From contig NC_043011.1 of the NCBI RefSeq assembly GCF_006345805.1, positions 11,470,001 to 11,534,000 of the forward strand: DNA of 64,000 nt. Reading direction: 5' to 3'. Of the stretch, positions 1-15,000 are shown piece by piece (position 1 is the stretch's first letter; the number at the start of each line of letters is the position of its first letter). Source of the stretch: Octopus sinensis. Lineage: Eukaryota. A program made the position numbers and the translations under genes. The notes beneath the pieces were generated by a model. The model was not told where the DNA came from and searched no databases. It saw nothing but the letters and a program-made list of their open reading frames with translations.

Positions 1-3000
1 AAACGGCCACGATCAGATGGTGCTTTTTACGTGCCACCGGCACTGGGGCCAGCCGGGGCTTACAAACAGCCACGATCGGATGGTGCTTTTTACGTGCCAC
101 CTGCACAGGTGCCAGGTGAGGCTGGCAAACAGCCACGTTCGGATGGTGCTTTTTACGTCCCACCGGCACGGGGGCCGGGCGAGGCTGGAAAACGGCCACG
201 ATCGGATGGTGCTTTTTACGTGCCACCGGCACTGGGGCCAAGCGGGGCTGGCAAACAGCCACGATCGGATGGTGCTTTTTACGTCCCACCGGCACAGGTG
301 CCAGGCGAGGCTGGCAAACGGCCACGATCGGATGGTGCTTTTTATGTCCCACCGGCACGGGGGCCGGGCGAGGCTGGCAAACGGCCACGATCGGATGGTG
401 CTTTTTACGTGCCACCGGCACTGGGGCCAGGTGAAACTGGCAAACGGCCATGATCGGATGGTGCCGTTTACGTGCCGCCGGCACAAGGGGCAGGTGTGGC
501 CTACAAACGGCGATCATCGGATGGTGCCTTTTACGTGCCACCGGCACGTGGGCCGGGCGAGGCTGGCAAACGGCCACGATCGGATGGTGCTTTTTACGTT
601 CCACCGGCACTGGGGCCAGGTGAGGCTGGCAAATGGCCATGATCGGTGGTGCTTTTTACGTGCCACCGGCACTGGGGCCAGGCGAGGCTGGCAAACGGCC
701 ACGATCGGATGGTGTTTGTTACGTGCCACTGCACGGGGGCCAGGCGAGGCTGGCAAACGGCCACGATCGGAAGTTGCTTTTTACGTGCCACCGGCACGGG
801 GGCCAGGCGGGGCTGGCAAACGGCCATGATCAGATGGTGGTTTTTATGTGCCACCGGCATGGCGGCCGGGCGAGGCTGGCAAACGGCCATGATCGGATGG
901 TGCTTTTTACATGCCACCAGCACTGGGGCCAGGCTAGGCTGGCAAACGGCCACGATCGGATGGTGCATTTTATGCGCCAACGGCACTGGGGCCAGGCTAG
1001 GTTGGCAAACGGCCACGATCAGATGATGCTTTTTACGTGCCACAGGCACGGGGGCCAAGCGAGGCTGGCAAACGGCCATGATCGGATGGTGCTTTTTATG
1101 TGCCACCAGCACTGGGGCCAGGCGAGGCTGGCAAACGGCCCCGATCGGATGGTGCTTTTTACGTGCCACCGGCACTGGGGCCTGGCGAGGCTGGCAAATG
1201 GCCACGATCGGATGGTGCTTTTTACGTGCCAACGGCATGGGGGCCAGGCGAGGTGGCAAACGGCCACGATCTGATGGTGCTTTTTACGTGCCAGCAGCCC
1301 TGGGGCCAGGCGAGGCTGGGAAACGGCCATCATCGGATGGTGCTTTTTACGTGCCACCGGCACTGATGCCAGGCGACGCTGGCATACGGCCACGATTGGA
1401 TGGTGCCTTTTACGTGCCACCGGCACGGGGGCCAGGGGAGGCTGGCAGACGGCCACGATCGGATGGTGCTTTTTACGTGCCACCGGCACTGGGGCCACGC
1501 TAGGCTGGCAAACGGTCACGATCGGATGGTGCTATTTATGTCCCACCGGCACTGGGGCCAGGCGTGGTTGGTAAACCGCCACGATCGGATGGTGCTTTTT
1601 ACGTGCCACCGGCAAAGGGGGCCAGGCGAGGCTGGCAAACGCCCACGATCGGATGGTGCTTTTTACATGCCACTGGCACTGCAGCCAGGCGAGGCTGGCA
1701 AATGGCCATGATCGGATGGTGCTTTTTACGTCCCACCGGCACGGGTGCCAGGCGAGGCTGGCAAACGGCCACGATCGGATGGTGCTTTATATGTGCCACC
1801 GGCACTGGGGCCAGGCGAGGCTGGCAAACGGCCACGATCGGATGGTGCTTTTTACGTGCCACCGGCACGGGGCCCAGGCGAGGCTGGCAAACGGCCACGA
1901 TCGGATGGTGCTTTTTACGTGCCACCGGCATTGTGGCCAGGTGAGGCTGGCAGACGGCCACGATCGGATGGTGCTTTTCACGTGCCACCGGCATGGTGGC
2001 TAGGCGAGGCTGGGAAACGGCCACGATCGGATGGTGCTTTTTACGTGCCAACGGCACTGGGGCCAGGTGAAGCTGGCAAATGGCCATGATCGGATGGTGC
2101 TTTTTACGTGCCACCAGCACTGGGGCCAGGCTAGGCTGGCAAACGGCCACGATCGGATGGTGCATTTTATGCCCCAACGGCACTGGGGCCAGGCGAGGTT
2201 GGCAAACGGCCACGATCAGATGAGGCTTTTTACGTGCCACCGGCACTGGGGCCAGCCGGGGCTTACAAACAGCCACGATCGGATGGTGCTTTTTACGTGC
2301 CACCTGCACAGGTGCCAGGTGAGGCTGGCAAACAGCCACGTTCGGATGGTGCTTTTTACGTCCCACCGGCACGGGGGCCGGGCGAGGCTGGAAAACGACC
2401 ACGATCGGATGGTGCTTTTTACGTGCCACCGGCACTGGGGCCAAGCGGGGCTGGCAAACAGCCACGATCGGATGGTGCTTTTTACGTCCCACCGGCACAG
2501 GTGCCAGGCGAGGCTGGCAAACGGCCACGATCGGATGGTGCTTTTTATGTCCCACCGGCACGGGGGCCGGGCGAGGCTGACAAACGGCCACGATCGGATG
2601 GTGCTTTTTACGTGCCACCGGCACTGGGGCCAGGTGAAACTGGCAAACGGCCATGATCGGATGGTGCCGTTTACGTGCCGCCGGCACAAGGGGCAGGTGT
2701 GGCCTACAAACGGCGATGATCGGATGGTGCCTTTTACGTGCCACCGGCACGTGGGCCAGGCAAGGCTGGCAAACGGCCACGATCGGATGGTGCTTTTTAC
2801 GTGCCACCAGCACGGGGGCCAGGAGAGGCTGGCAAACGGCCACGATCGGATGGTGCTTTTTACGTGCCACCAGTACGGGGGCCAGGAGAGGCTGGCAAAC
2901 GGCCACGATCGGATGGTGCTTTTTATGTGCCAACGGCACTGGGGACAGGCGGGGCTGGCAAACAGCCACGATCGGATGGTGCTTTTTACGTGCCACCTGC

Positions 3001-6000
3001 ACTGGTGCCGGGCGAGGCTGGCAAACGGCCACGATCGGATGGTGCTTTTTATGTCCCAACGGCACTAGGGACAGGCGGGGCTGGCAAACAGCCACGATCG
3101 GATGGTGCTTTTTACGTGCCACCTGCACTGGGGCCGGGCGAGGCTGGCAAACGGCCACGATCGGATGGTGCTTTTTACATGCCACCGGCACGAGGGCCAG
3201 GCGAGGCTAGCAAACGGCCAAGATCGGATGGTGCTTTTTACGTTCCACCGGCACGGCGGCCAGGCGAGGCTGGCAAACGGCCACGATCGGATGGTGCTTT
3301 TTACGTGCCACCGGCACTGGGGCTGGTGAGGCTGGCAAATGGCCACGATCGGATGGTGCTTTTTACGTGCCAACGGCATGGGGGCCAGGCGAGGTGGCAA
3401 ACGGCCACGATCTGATGGTGCTTTTTACGTGCCAGCAGCCCTGGGGCCAGGCGAGGCTGGCAAACGGCCATCATCGGATGGTGCTTTTTACGTGCCACCG
3501 GCACTGATGCCAGGCGACGCTGGCATACGGCCACGATCGGATGGTGCCTTTTACGTGCCACCGGCACTGGGGCCGTATCAGACTGGCAAACGGCCATGAT
3601 CAGATGGTGCTTTTTACGTGCCACCGGCACGGGGGCCAGGGAAGGCTGGCAAACGGCCACGATCGGATGGTGCTTTTTACGTACCACCGGCATGGGGGCC
3701 AGGCGAGGCTGGCAAACGGCCAGAATCGGATGGTGCTTTTTACGTGCCACCGGCACTGGGGCCACGCTGGGCTGGCAAACGGCCACGATCGGATGGTGCT
3801 TTTTATGTGCCACCGGCACTGGGGCCAGGCGTGGTTGACAAACGGCCACGATCGGATGGTGCTTTTTACGTGCCACCGGCAAAGGGGGCCAGGCGAGGCT
3901 GGCAAACGGCCACGATCGGATGGTGCTTTTTACATGCCACTGGCACTGCAGCCAGGCGAGGCTGGCAAATGGCCATGATCGGATGGTGCTTTTTACGTGC
4001 CACCGGCACTGATGCCAGGCGAGGCTGGCAAACGGCCACGATCGGATGGTGCTTTCTATGTGCCACCGGCACTGGGGCCAGGCGAGGCTGGCAAACGGCC
4101 ACGATCGGATGGGGCTTTTTACGTGCCACCGGCACGGGGGCCAGGCGAGACTAGCAAACGGCCAAGATCGGATTGTGCTTTTTACCTGCCACCGGCACGG
4201 CGGCCAGGCGAGGCTGGCAAACGGCCACGATCGGATGGTGCTTTTTACGTGCCACCAGCACTGGGGCCAGGCTAGGCTGGCAAACAGCCACGATCGGATG
4301 GTGCATTTTATGCGCCAACGGTCCTGGGGCCAGGCGAGGTTGGCAAACGGCCATGATCAGATGGTGCTTTTTACGTGCCACCGGCACTGGGGCCAGCGGG
4401 GGCTTACAAACAGCCACGATCGGATGGTGCTTTTTATGTGCCACCTGCGCAGGTGCCAGGCGAGGCTGGCAAACAGCCACGATCGGATGGTGCTTTTTAC
4501 GTCCCACCGGCATGGGGGCCAGGCGAGGCTGGCAAACGGCCACGATCGGTGCTTTTTACGTCCCACCGGCACGGGGGCCAGGCGAGGGTGGCAAACGGCC
4601 ACGATCGGATGGTGCTTTTTACATCCCACTGGGACTGGGGCCAGGCGAGGCTGGCAAATGGCCATGATCGGATGGTGCTTTTGACGTGCCACCGGCACGG
4701 GGGCCAAGAGGGACTGGCAAACGGTCACGATCGGATGGTGCTTTTTATGTGCCACCGGCACTGGGGCCAGGCGAGGCTGGCAAACGGCCACGATCGGATG
4801 GTGATTTTTACGTGCCACCAGCATGGCGGTCAGGCGAGGCTGGTAAACGGCCACGATCGGGTGGTGCTTTTTACGTGCCACCGGCACGGGCCAGACGAGG
4901 CTGGCAAACGGCCTTGATCGGATGGTGCTATTTACATGCCACCGGCATTGTGGCCAGGTGAGGCTGGCAGACGGCCACGATCGGATGGTGCTTTTTACGT
5001 GCCACCGGCACTGGGGCCAGGTGAGCCTGGCAAACGGCCACGATCGGATGCTACTTTTTACGTGCCACTGGCACTGGGGCCAGGTGAGGCTGGCAAACGG
5101 CCACGATCGGATGGTGCTTTTTACGTCGACTGGCACTGGGGCCAGGCGAGGCTGGCAAACGGCCATTATCGAATGGTGCTTTTTACGTGCCGCCGGCACA
5201 GGTGCCAGGCGAGGCTGGCAAACGGCCATGATCGGAGGGTGCTTTTTACGTGCGACCAGCACGGCTGCCAGGCGAGGCTGGCAAACGGCCACGATCAGAT
5301 GGTGCTTTTTACGTGCCACCGGCACGGGGGCCAGGCGAGGCTGCCAAACGGCCACGATCGGATGGTGCTTTTTACATGCCACTGGCACTGCAGCCAGGCG
5401 AGGCTGGCAAATGGCCATGATCGGATTGTGCTCTTTACGTGCCACCGGCACGGGTGCCAGGCGAGGCTGGCAAACGGTCACGATCGGATGGTGCTTTTTA
5501 CGTGCCACCGGCACTGGGGCCAGGTGAGCCTGGCAAACGGCCACGATCGGATGCTACTTTTTACGTGCCACTGGCACTGGGGCCAGGTGAGGCTGGCAAA
5601 CGGCCACGATCGGATGGTGCTTTTTACGTCCACTGGCACTGGGGCCAGGCGAGGCTGGCAAACGGCCATTATCGAATGGTGCTTTTTACGTGCCGCCGGC
5701 ACGGGGGCCAAGCGAGGCTATCAAACGGCCAAGATCGGATGGTGCTGTTTACGTGTCACCGGCACGGCGGCCAGGCGAGGCTGGCAAACGGCCATGATCG
5801 GATGGTGCTTTTTACGTGCCACCAGCACTGGGGCCAGGCTAGGCTGGCAAACGGCCACGATCGGATGGTGCATTTTATGCGCCAACGGCACTGGGGCCAG
5901 GCTAGGTTGGCAAACGGCCACGATCAGATGATGCTTATTACGTACCACAGGCACGGGGCCCAGGCGAGGCTGGCAAACGGCCATGATCGGATGGTGCTTT

Positions 6001-9000
6001 TTATGTGCCACCGGCACTGGGGCCGGGCGAGGCTGGCAAATGCCCACGATCGGATGGTGCTTTTCACGTGCCACCGGCACGGGGGCCAGGCAAGGCTATC
6101 AAACGGCCAAGATCGGATGGTGCTTTTTACGTGCCACCTGCACAGGTGCCAGGCGAGGCTAGCAAACAGCCACGATCGGATGGTGCTTTTTACGTCCCAC
6201 CGGCATGGGGGCCGGGCGAGGCTGGAAAACGGCCACGATCGGATGGTGCTGTTTACGTACCACCGGCACTGGGGCCAGGCTGGGCTGGAAAACAGCCACG
6301 ATTGGATGGTGCTTTTTACGTCCCACTGGCACAGGTGCCAGGCGAGGCTGGCAAATGGCCACGATTGGATGATGCTTTTTATGTCCCACCGGCACGGGGG
6401 TTGGGCGAGGCTGGCAAATGGCCACGATCGGATGGTGCTTTTTACGTTCCACCGGCACTGGGGCCAAGTGAGGCTGGCAAATGGCCATGATCGGTGGTGC
6501 TTTTTACGTGCCACCGGCACTGGGGCCAGGCGAGGCTGGCAAACGGCCACGATCTGATGGTGCTTTTTACGTGCCAGCAGCCCTGGGGCCAGGCGAGGCT
6601 GCCAAACGGCCATCATCGGATGGTGCTTTTTACGTGCCACAGGCACTGGGGCCAGGCGACGTTGGTATACGGCCACGATCGGATGGTGCCTTTTATGTTC
6701 CACCGGCATGGGGGCCAGGCGAGGCTGGCAAACAGCCAGGATCGGATGGTGCTTTTTACGTGCCACGCTAGGCTGGCAAACGGCCATGATCGGATGGTGC
6801 TTTTTATGTGCCACCGGCACTGGGGCCAGGCGAGGCTGGCAAATGGCCAAGATCGGATGGTGCTTTTCACGTGCCACCGGCACGGGGGCCAGGCAAGGCT
6901 ATCAAACGGCCACGATCAGATGGTGCTTTTTACATGCCACTGGCACTGCAGCCAGGCGAGCCTGGCAAATGGCCATGATCGGATGGTGCTTTTTACGTGC
7001 CACCGTCACGGGTGCCAGGCGGGGCTGGCAAACGGCCACGATCGGATGTTGCTTTTTGTGTGCCACCGGCACTGGGGCCAGGCGAGGCGGGCAAGCGGCC
7101 ACGATCGGATGGTGCTTTTTACGTGCCACCGGCACGGGGGCCAGGCGAGGCTAGCAAATGGCCAAGATCGGTTGGTGCTTTTTACGTGCCACCGGCACGG
7201 CGGCCAGGCGAGGCTGGCAAACGGCCACGATCGGACGGTGCCTTTTACGTGCCACCGGCACTGGGGCCAGGTGTGGCTGGCAAACGGCCTTGATCGTATG
7301 GTTCTTTATACGTGCCACCAGCACTGGGGCCAGGCTAGGCTGGCAAACGGCCACGATCGGATGGTGCATTTTACGCGCCAACGGTACTACTGGGGCCAGG
7401 CGAGGTTGGCAAACGGCCACGATCAGATGGTGCTTTTTACGTGCCACCGGCACTGGGGCCAGCGGGGCTTACAAACAGCCACGATCGGATGGTGCTTTTT
7501 ACGTGCCACCTGCACAGGTGCCAGGCGAGGCTGGCAAACAGCCACGATCGGATGGTGCTTTTTACGTCCCACCGGCATGGGGGCCGGGCGAGGCTGGGAA
7601 ACGGCCATGATCGGATGGTGCTTTTTACGTGCCACCGGCACAGGTGCCAGGCGACGCTGGCGAATGGCCATGATCGGATGGTGCTTTTTACGTGCCACCG
7701 GCACGGCGGCCAGGCGAGGCTGGCAAACGGCCATGATCGGATGGTGCTTTTCACGTTCCACCGGCACTGGGGCCAGCCGGGGCTTACAAACAGCCACGAT
7801 CGGATGGTGCTTTTTACGTGCCACCTGCACAGGTGCCAGGTGAGGCTGGCAAACAGCCACGTTCGGATGGTCCTTTTTACGTCCCACCGGCACGGGGGCC
7901 GGGCGAGGCTGGAAAACGGCCACGATCGGATGGTGCTTTTTACGTGCCACCGGCACTGGGGCCAAGCGGGGCTGGCAAACAGCCACGATCGGATGGTGCT
8001 TTTTACGTCCCCCGGCACAGGTGCCAGGCGAGGCTGGCAAACGGCCACGATCGGATGGTGCTTTTTATGTCCCACCGGCACGGGGGCCGGGCGAGGCTGG
8101 CAAACGGCCACGATCGGATGGTGCTTTTTACGTGCCACCGGCACTGGGGCCAGGTGAAACTGGCAAACGGCCATGATCGGATGGTGCGTTTTACGTGCCG
8201 CCGGCACAAGGGGCAGGTGTGGCCTACAAACGGCGATGATCGGATGGTGCCTTTTACGTGCCACCGGCACGGGGGCCGGGCGAGGCTGGCAAACGGCCAC
8301 GATCGGATGGTGCTTTTTACGTTCCACCGGCACTGGGGCCAGGTGAGGCTGGCAAATGGCCATGATCGGTGGTGCTTTTTACGTGCCACCGGCACTGGGG
8401 CCAGGCGAGGCTGGCAAACGGCCACGATCGGATGGTGTTTGTTACGTGCCACTGCACGGGGGCCAGGCGAGGCTGGCAAACGGCCACGATCGGAAGTTGC
8501 TTTTTACGTGCCACCGGCACGGGGGCAGGCGGGGCTGGCAAACGGCCATGATCAGATGGTGGTTTTTATGTGCCACCGGCATGGCGGCCGGGCGAGGCTG
8601 GCAAACGGCCATGATCGGATGGTGTTTTACATGCCACAGCACTGGGGCCAGGCTAGGCTGGCAAACGGCCACGATCGGATGGTGCTTTTATGCGCCAACG
8701 GCACTGGGGCCAGGCTAGGTTGGCAAACGCCACGATCAGATGATGCTTTTTACGTGCCACAGGCACGGGGGCCAGCGAGGCTGGCAACGGCCATGATCGG
8801 ATGGTGCTTTTTATGTGCCACCAGCACTGGGGCCAGGCGAGGCTGGCAAACGGCCCCGATCGGATGGTGCTTTTTACGTGCCACCGGCACTGGGGCCTGG
8901 CGAGGCTGGCAAATGGCCACGATCGGATGGTGCTTTTTACGTGCCAACGGCATGGGGGCCAGGCGAGGAGGTGGCAACGGCCACGATCTGATGGTGCTTT

Positions 9001-12000
9001 TTACGTGCCAGCAGCCCTGGGGCCAGGCGAGGCTGGGAAACGGCCATCATCGGATGGTGCTTTTTACGTGCCACCGGCACTGATGCCAGGCGACGCTGGC
9101 ATACGGCCACGATTGGATGGTGCCTTTTACGTGCCACCGGCACGGGGGCCAGGGGAGGCTGGCAGACGGCCACGATCGGATGGTGCTTTTTACGTGCCAC
9201 CGGCACTGGGCCACGCTAGGCTGGCAAACGGTCACGATCGGATGGTGCTATTTATGTCCCACCGGCACTGGGGCCAGGCGTGGTTGGTAAACCGCCACGA
9301 TCGGATGGTGCTTTTTACGTGCCACCGGCAAAGGGGGCCAGGCGAGGCTGGCAAACGCCCACGATCGGATGGTGCTTTTTACATGCCACTGGCACTGCAG
9401 CCAGGCGAGGCTGGCAAATGGCCATGATCGGATGGTGCTCTTTACGTCCCACCGGCACGGGTGCAGGCGAGGCTGGCAAACGGCCACGATCGGATGGTGC
9501 TTTATATGTGCCACCGGCACTGGGGCCAGGCGAGGCTGGCAAACGGCCACGATCGGATGGTGCTTTTTACGTGCCACCGGCACGGGGCCAGGCGAGGCTG
9601 GCAAACGGCCACGATCGGATGGTGCTTTTTACGTGCCACCGGCATTGTGGCCAGGTGAGGCTGGCAGACGGCCACGATCGGATGGTGCTTTTCACGTGCC
9701 ACCGGCATGGTGGCTAGGCGAGGCTGGCAAACGGCCACGATCGGATGGTGCTTTTTACGTGCCAACGGCACTGGGGCCAGGTGAAGCTGGCAAATGGCCA
9801 TGATCGGATGGTGCTTTTTACGTGCCACCAGCACTGGGGCCAGGCTAGGCTGGCAAACGGCCACGATCGGATGGTGCATTTTATGCGCCAACGGCACTGG
9901 GGCCAGGCGAGGTTGGCAAACGGCCACGATCAGATGAGGCTTTTTACGTGCCACCGGCACTGGGGCCAGCCGGGGCTTACAAAAGCCACGATCGGATGGT
10001 GCTTTTTACGTGCCACCTGCACAGGTGCCAGGTGAGGCTGGCAAACAGCCACGATCGGATGGTGCTTTTTACGTCCCACCGGCACGGGGGCCGGGCGAGG
10101 CTGGAAAACGACCACGATCGGATGGTGTTTACGTGCCACCGGCACTGGGGCCAAGCGGGGCTGGCAAACGGACCATGATCGGATGGTGCCGTTTACGTGC
10201 CGCCGGCACAAGGGGCAGGTGTGGCCTACAAACGGCGATGATCGGATGGTGCCTTTTACGTGCCACCGGCACGTGGGCCAGGCAAGGCTGGCAAACGGCC
10301 ACGATCGGATGGTGCTTTTTACGTGCCACCAGCACGGGGGCCAGGAGAGGCTGGCAAACGGCCACGATCGTGGTGGTTTTTACGTGCCACCAGTACGGGG
10401 GCAGGAGAGGCTGGCAAACGGCCACGATCGGATGGTGCTTTTTATGTGCCAACGGCACTGGGGACAGGCGGCGGGGCTGGCAAACAGCCACGATCGGATG
10501 GTGCTTTTTACGTGCACCTGCACTGGTGCCGGGCGAGGCTGGCAAACGGCCACGATCGGATGGTGCTTTTTATGTCCCAACGGCACTAGGGACAGGCGGG
10601 GCTGGCAAAACCACGATCGGATGGTGCTTTTTACGTGCCACCTGCACTGGGGCCGGGCGAGGCTGGCAAACGGCCACGATCGGATGGTGCTTTTTACATG
10701 CCACCGGCACGAGGGCCAGGCGAGGCTAGCAAACGGCCAAGATCGGATGGTGCTTTTTACGTTCCACCGGCACGGCGGCCAGGCGAGGCTGGCAAACGGC
10801 CACAATCGGATGGTGCTTTTTACGTGCCACCGGCACTGGGGCCTGGTGAGGCTGGCAAATGGCCACGATCGGATGGTGCTTTTTACGTGCCAACGGCATG
10901 GGGGCCAGGCGAGGTGGCAAACGGCCACGATCTGATGGTGCTTTTTACGTGCCAGCAGCCCTGGGGCCAGGCGAGGCTGGCAAACGGCCATCATCGGATG
11001 GTGCTTTTTACGTGCCACCGGCACTGATGCCAGGCGACGCTGGCATACGGCCACGATCGGATGGTGCCTTTTACGTGCCACCGGCACTGGGGCCGTATCG
11101 ACTGGCAAACGGCCATGATCAGATGGTGCTTTTTACGTGCCACCGGCACGGGGGCCAGGGAAGGCTGGCAAACGGCCACGATCGGATGGTGCTTTTTACG
11201 TACCACCGGCATGGGGGCCAGGCGAGGCTGGCAAACGGCCAGAATCGGATGGTGCTTTTACGTGCCACCGGCACTGGGGCCACGCTGGGCTGGCAAACGG
11301 CCACGATCGGATGGTGCTTTTTATGTGCCACCGGCACTGGGGCCAGGCGTGGTTGACAAACGGCCACGATCGGATGGTGCTTTTTACGTGCCACCGGCAA
11401 AGGGGGCCAGGCGAGGCTGGCAAACGGCCACGATCGGATGGTGCTTTTTACATGCCACTGGCACTGCAGCCAGGCGAGGCTGGCAAATGGCCATGATCGG
11501 ATGGTGCTTTTTACGTGCCACCGGCACTGATGCCAGGCGAGGCTGGCAAACGGCCACGATCGGATGGTGCTTTTCACGTGCCACCGGCACTGGGGCCAGG
11601 CAAGGCTATCAAACGGCCACGATCAGATGGTGCTTTTTACATGCCACTGGCACTGCAGCCAGGCGAGCCTGGCAAATGGCCATGATCGGATGGTCCTTTT
11701 TACGTGCCACCGTCACGGGTGCCAGGCGGGGCTGGCAAACGGCCACGATCGGATGTTGCTTTTTGTGTGCCACCGGCACTGGGGCCAGGCGAGGCGGGCT
11801 AGCGGCCACGATCGGATGGTGCTTTTTACGTGCCACCGGCACGGGGGCCAGGCGAGGCTAGCAAATGGCCAAGATCGGTTGGTGCTTTTTACGTGCCACC
11901 GGCACGGCGGCCAGGCGAGGCTGGCAAACGGCCACGATCGGACGGTGCCTTTTACGTCCCACCGGCACTGGGGCCAGGTGTGGCTGGCAAACGGCCTTGA

Positions 12001-15000
12001 TCGTATGGTTCTTTATACGTGCCACCAGCACTGGGGCCAGGCTAGGCTGGCAAACGGCCACGATCGGATGGTGCATTTTACGCGCCAACGGTACTGGGGC
12101 CAGGCGAGGTTGGCAAACGGCCACGATCAGATGGTGCTTTTTACGTGCCACCGGCACTGGGGCCAGCCGGGGCTTACAAACAGCCACGATCGGATGGTGC
12201 TTTTTACGTGCCACCTGCACAGGTGCCAGGCGAGGCTGGCAAACAGCCACGATCGGATGGTGCTTTTTACGTCCCACCGGCATGGGGGCCGGGCGAGGCT
12301 GGGAAACGGCCATGATCGGATGGTGCTTTTTACGTGCCACCGGCACAGGTGCCAGGCGACGCTGGCGAATGGCCATGATCGGATGGTGCTTTTTACGTGC
12401 CACCGGCACGGCGGCCAGGCGAGGCTGGCAAACGGCCATGATCGGATGGTGCTTTTCACGTTCCACCGGCACTGGGGCCAGGCGAGGTTGGCAAACGGCC
12501 ACGATCGGATGGTGGTTTTTACGTCCCACCGGCACTGGGGCCAGGTGAAGCTGGCAAACGGCCATGATCGGATGGTGCTTTTTACATGCCACCGGCACAG
12601 GGGCCAGGTGAGGCTGGCAAACGGCCACGATCGGATGGTGCTTTTTATGTGCCACAGGCACTGGGACAAGGCGAGGCTGGCAAACGGCCATCATCGGATG
12701 GTTATTTTTACGTGCCACTGCACGGGGGCCAGGCAAGGTTGTCAAACGGCCACGATCGGATGGTGCTTTTTATGTGCCACCGGTATGGGGTCCAGGCGAG
12801 GCTGGCAAACGGTCACGATCGGACGGTGCTTCTTACGTTCCACCGGCACGGGGGCCAGGCGGGGCTGGCAAACGGCCATGATCGGATGGTGCATTTTATG
12901 TGCCACCGGCACTGGGGCCAGTTGAGGCTGGCAAACGACCACGATCGGATGGTACTTTTTACATGCCACCGGCACTGGGGCCAGGAGAGGCTGGCAAACG
13001 GCCACGATCGGATGGTGCTTTTTACGACCACTGGCACTGGGGCCAGGCGAGGCTGGCAAACGGCCATGATCGGATGGTGCTTTTCACGTGCCACCGGCAC
13101 TGGGGCCAGGCGAGGCTGGCAAACGCCCACGATCCCATGGTGCTTTTTACGTGCCACCGGCACCGGGGCCAGGTGAAGCTGGCAAACGGCCATGATCAGA
13201 TGGTGCTTTTTACGTGCCACCGGCACGGGGCCCAGGTGAGGCTGTCAAACGGCCACGATCGGATGGTGCTTTTTACGTGCCACCGGTACGGGGTCCAGGC
13301 GAGGCTGGCAAACACCCACGATCGGACGGTCCTTTTTACGTGCCACCGCCACGGGGCCCAGGCGAGACTGCCAAACGGCCATGATCAGATGGTACTTTTT
13401 ACGTGCCACCGGCACGGGGGCCAGGCAAGGCTGGCAAACGGCCACGATCGGATGGTGCTTTTTACGTGCCACTGGCACGGGGGCCAGAAGAGGCTGGCAA
13501 ACGGCCATGATCGGATGGTGCTTTTTATGTGCCAACGGCACTAGGGACAGGCGGGGCTGGCAAACAGCCACGATCGGATGGTGCTTTTTACGTGCCACCT
13601 GCACTGGGGCCGGGCGAGGCTGGCAAACGGCCACGATCGGATGGTGCTTTTTACATGCCACCGGCACGAGGGCCAGGTGACGCTAGCATACGGCCAAGAT
13701 CGGATGGTGCTTTTTACGTTCCACCGGCACGGCGGCCAGGCGAGGCTGGCAAACGGCCACGATCGGATGGTGCTTTTTACGTGCCACCGGCACTGGGGCC
13801 AGGCGAGCCTGGTGAATCGCCACGATCGGATGGTGCTTTTTACGTGCCAACGGCATGGGGGCCAGTCGAGGTGGCAAACGGCCACGATCTGATCGTGCTT
13901 TTTACGTGCCAGCAGCCCTGGGGCCAGGCGAGGCTGGCAAACGGCCATAATCGGATGGTGCTTTTTACGTGCCACCGGCACTGGGGCCAGGCGACGCTGG
14001 TATACGGCCACGATCAGATGGTGCCTTTTACGGTCCACCGGCACGGGGGCCAGGGGAGGCTGGCAAACGGCCACGATCGGATGGTGCTTTTTACGTGCCA
14101 CCGGCATGGGGGCCAGGCGAGGCTGGCAAACAGCCAGGATCGGATGGTGCTTTTTACGTGACACCGGCACTGGGGCCGCGCTAGGCTGGCAAACGGCTAC
14201 GATCGGATGGTGCTATTTATGTGCCACCGGCACTGGGGCCAGGCGTGGTTGGCAAACGGCCACGATCGGATGGTGCTTTTTACGTGCCACCGGCAAAGGG
14301 GGCCAGGCGAGGCTGGCAAACGCCCACGATAGGATGGTGCTTTTTACATGCCACTGGCACTGCAGCCAGGCGAGGCTTGCAAATGGCCATGATCGGATGG
14401 TGCTCTTTACGTGCCACCGTCACGGGTGCCAGGCGGGGCTGGCAAACGGCCACGATCGGATGGTGCTTTTTATGTGCCACCGGCACTAGGGCCAGGCGAG
14501 GCTGGTAAACGGCCACGATCGGATGGTGTTTTTTACGTGCCACCGGCACGGGGGCCAGGCGAGGCTAGCAAATGGCCAAGATCGGATGGTGCTTTTTACG
14601 TGCAACCGGCACGGCGGCCAGGCGAGGCTGGCAAACGGCCACGATCGGACGGTGCTTTTTACGTGCCACCGGCGCTGGGGCCAGGTGTGGCTGGCAAACG
14701 GCCTTGATCGTATGGTTCTTTATACGTGCCACCAGCACTGGGGCCAGGCTAGGCTGGCAAACGTCCATGATCGGATGGTGCATTTTACGCGCCAACGGCA
14801 CTGGGGCCAGGCGAGGTTGGCAAACGGCCACGATCAGATGGTGCTTTTTACGTGCCACCGGCACTGGGGCCAGCCGTGGCTTACAAACAGCAACGATCGG
14901 ATGGTGCGTTTTACGTGCCACCTGCACAGGTGCCAGGCGAGGCTGGCAAACAGCCACGATCGGATGGTGCTTTTTACGTCCCACCGGCATGGGGGCCGGG

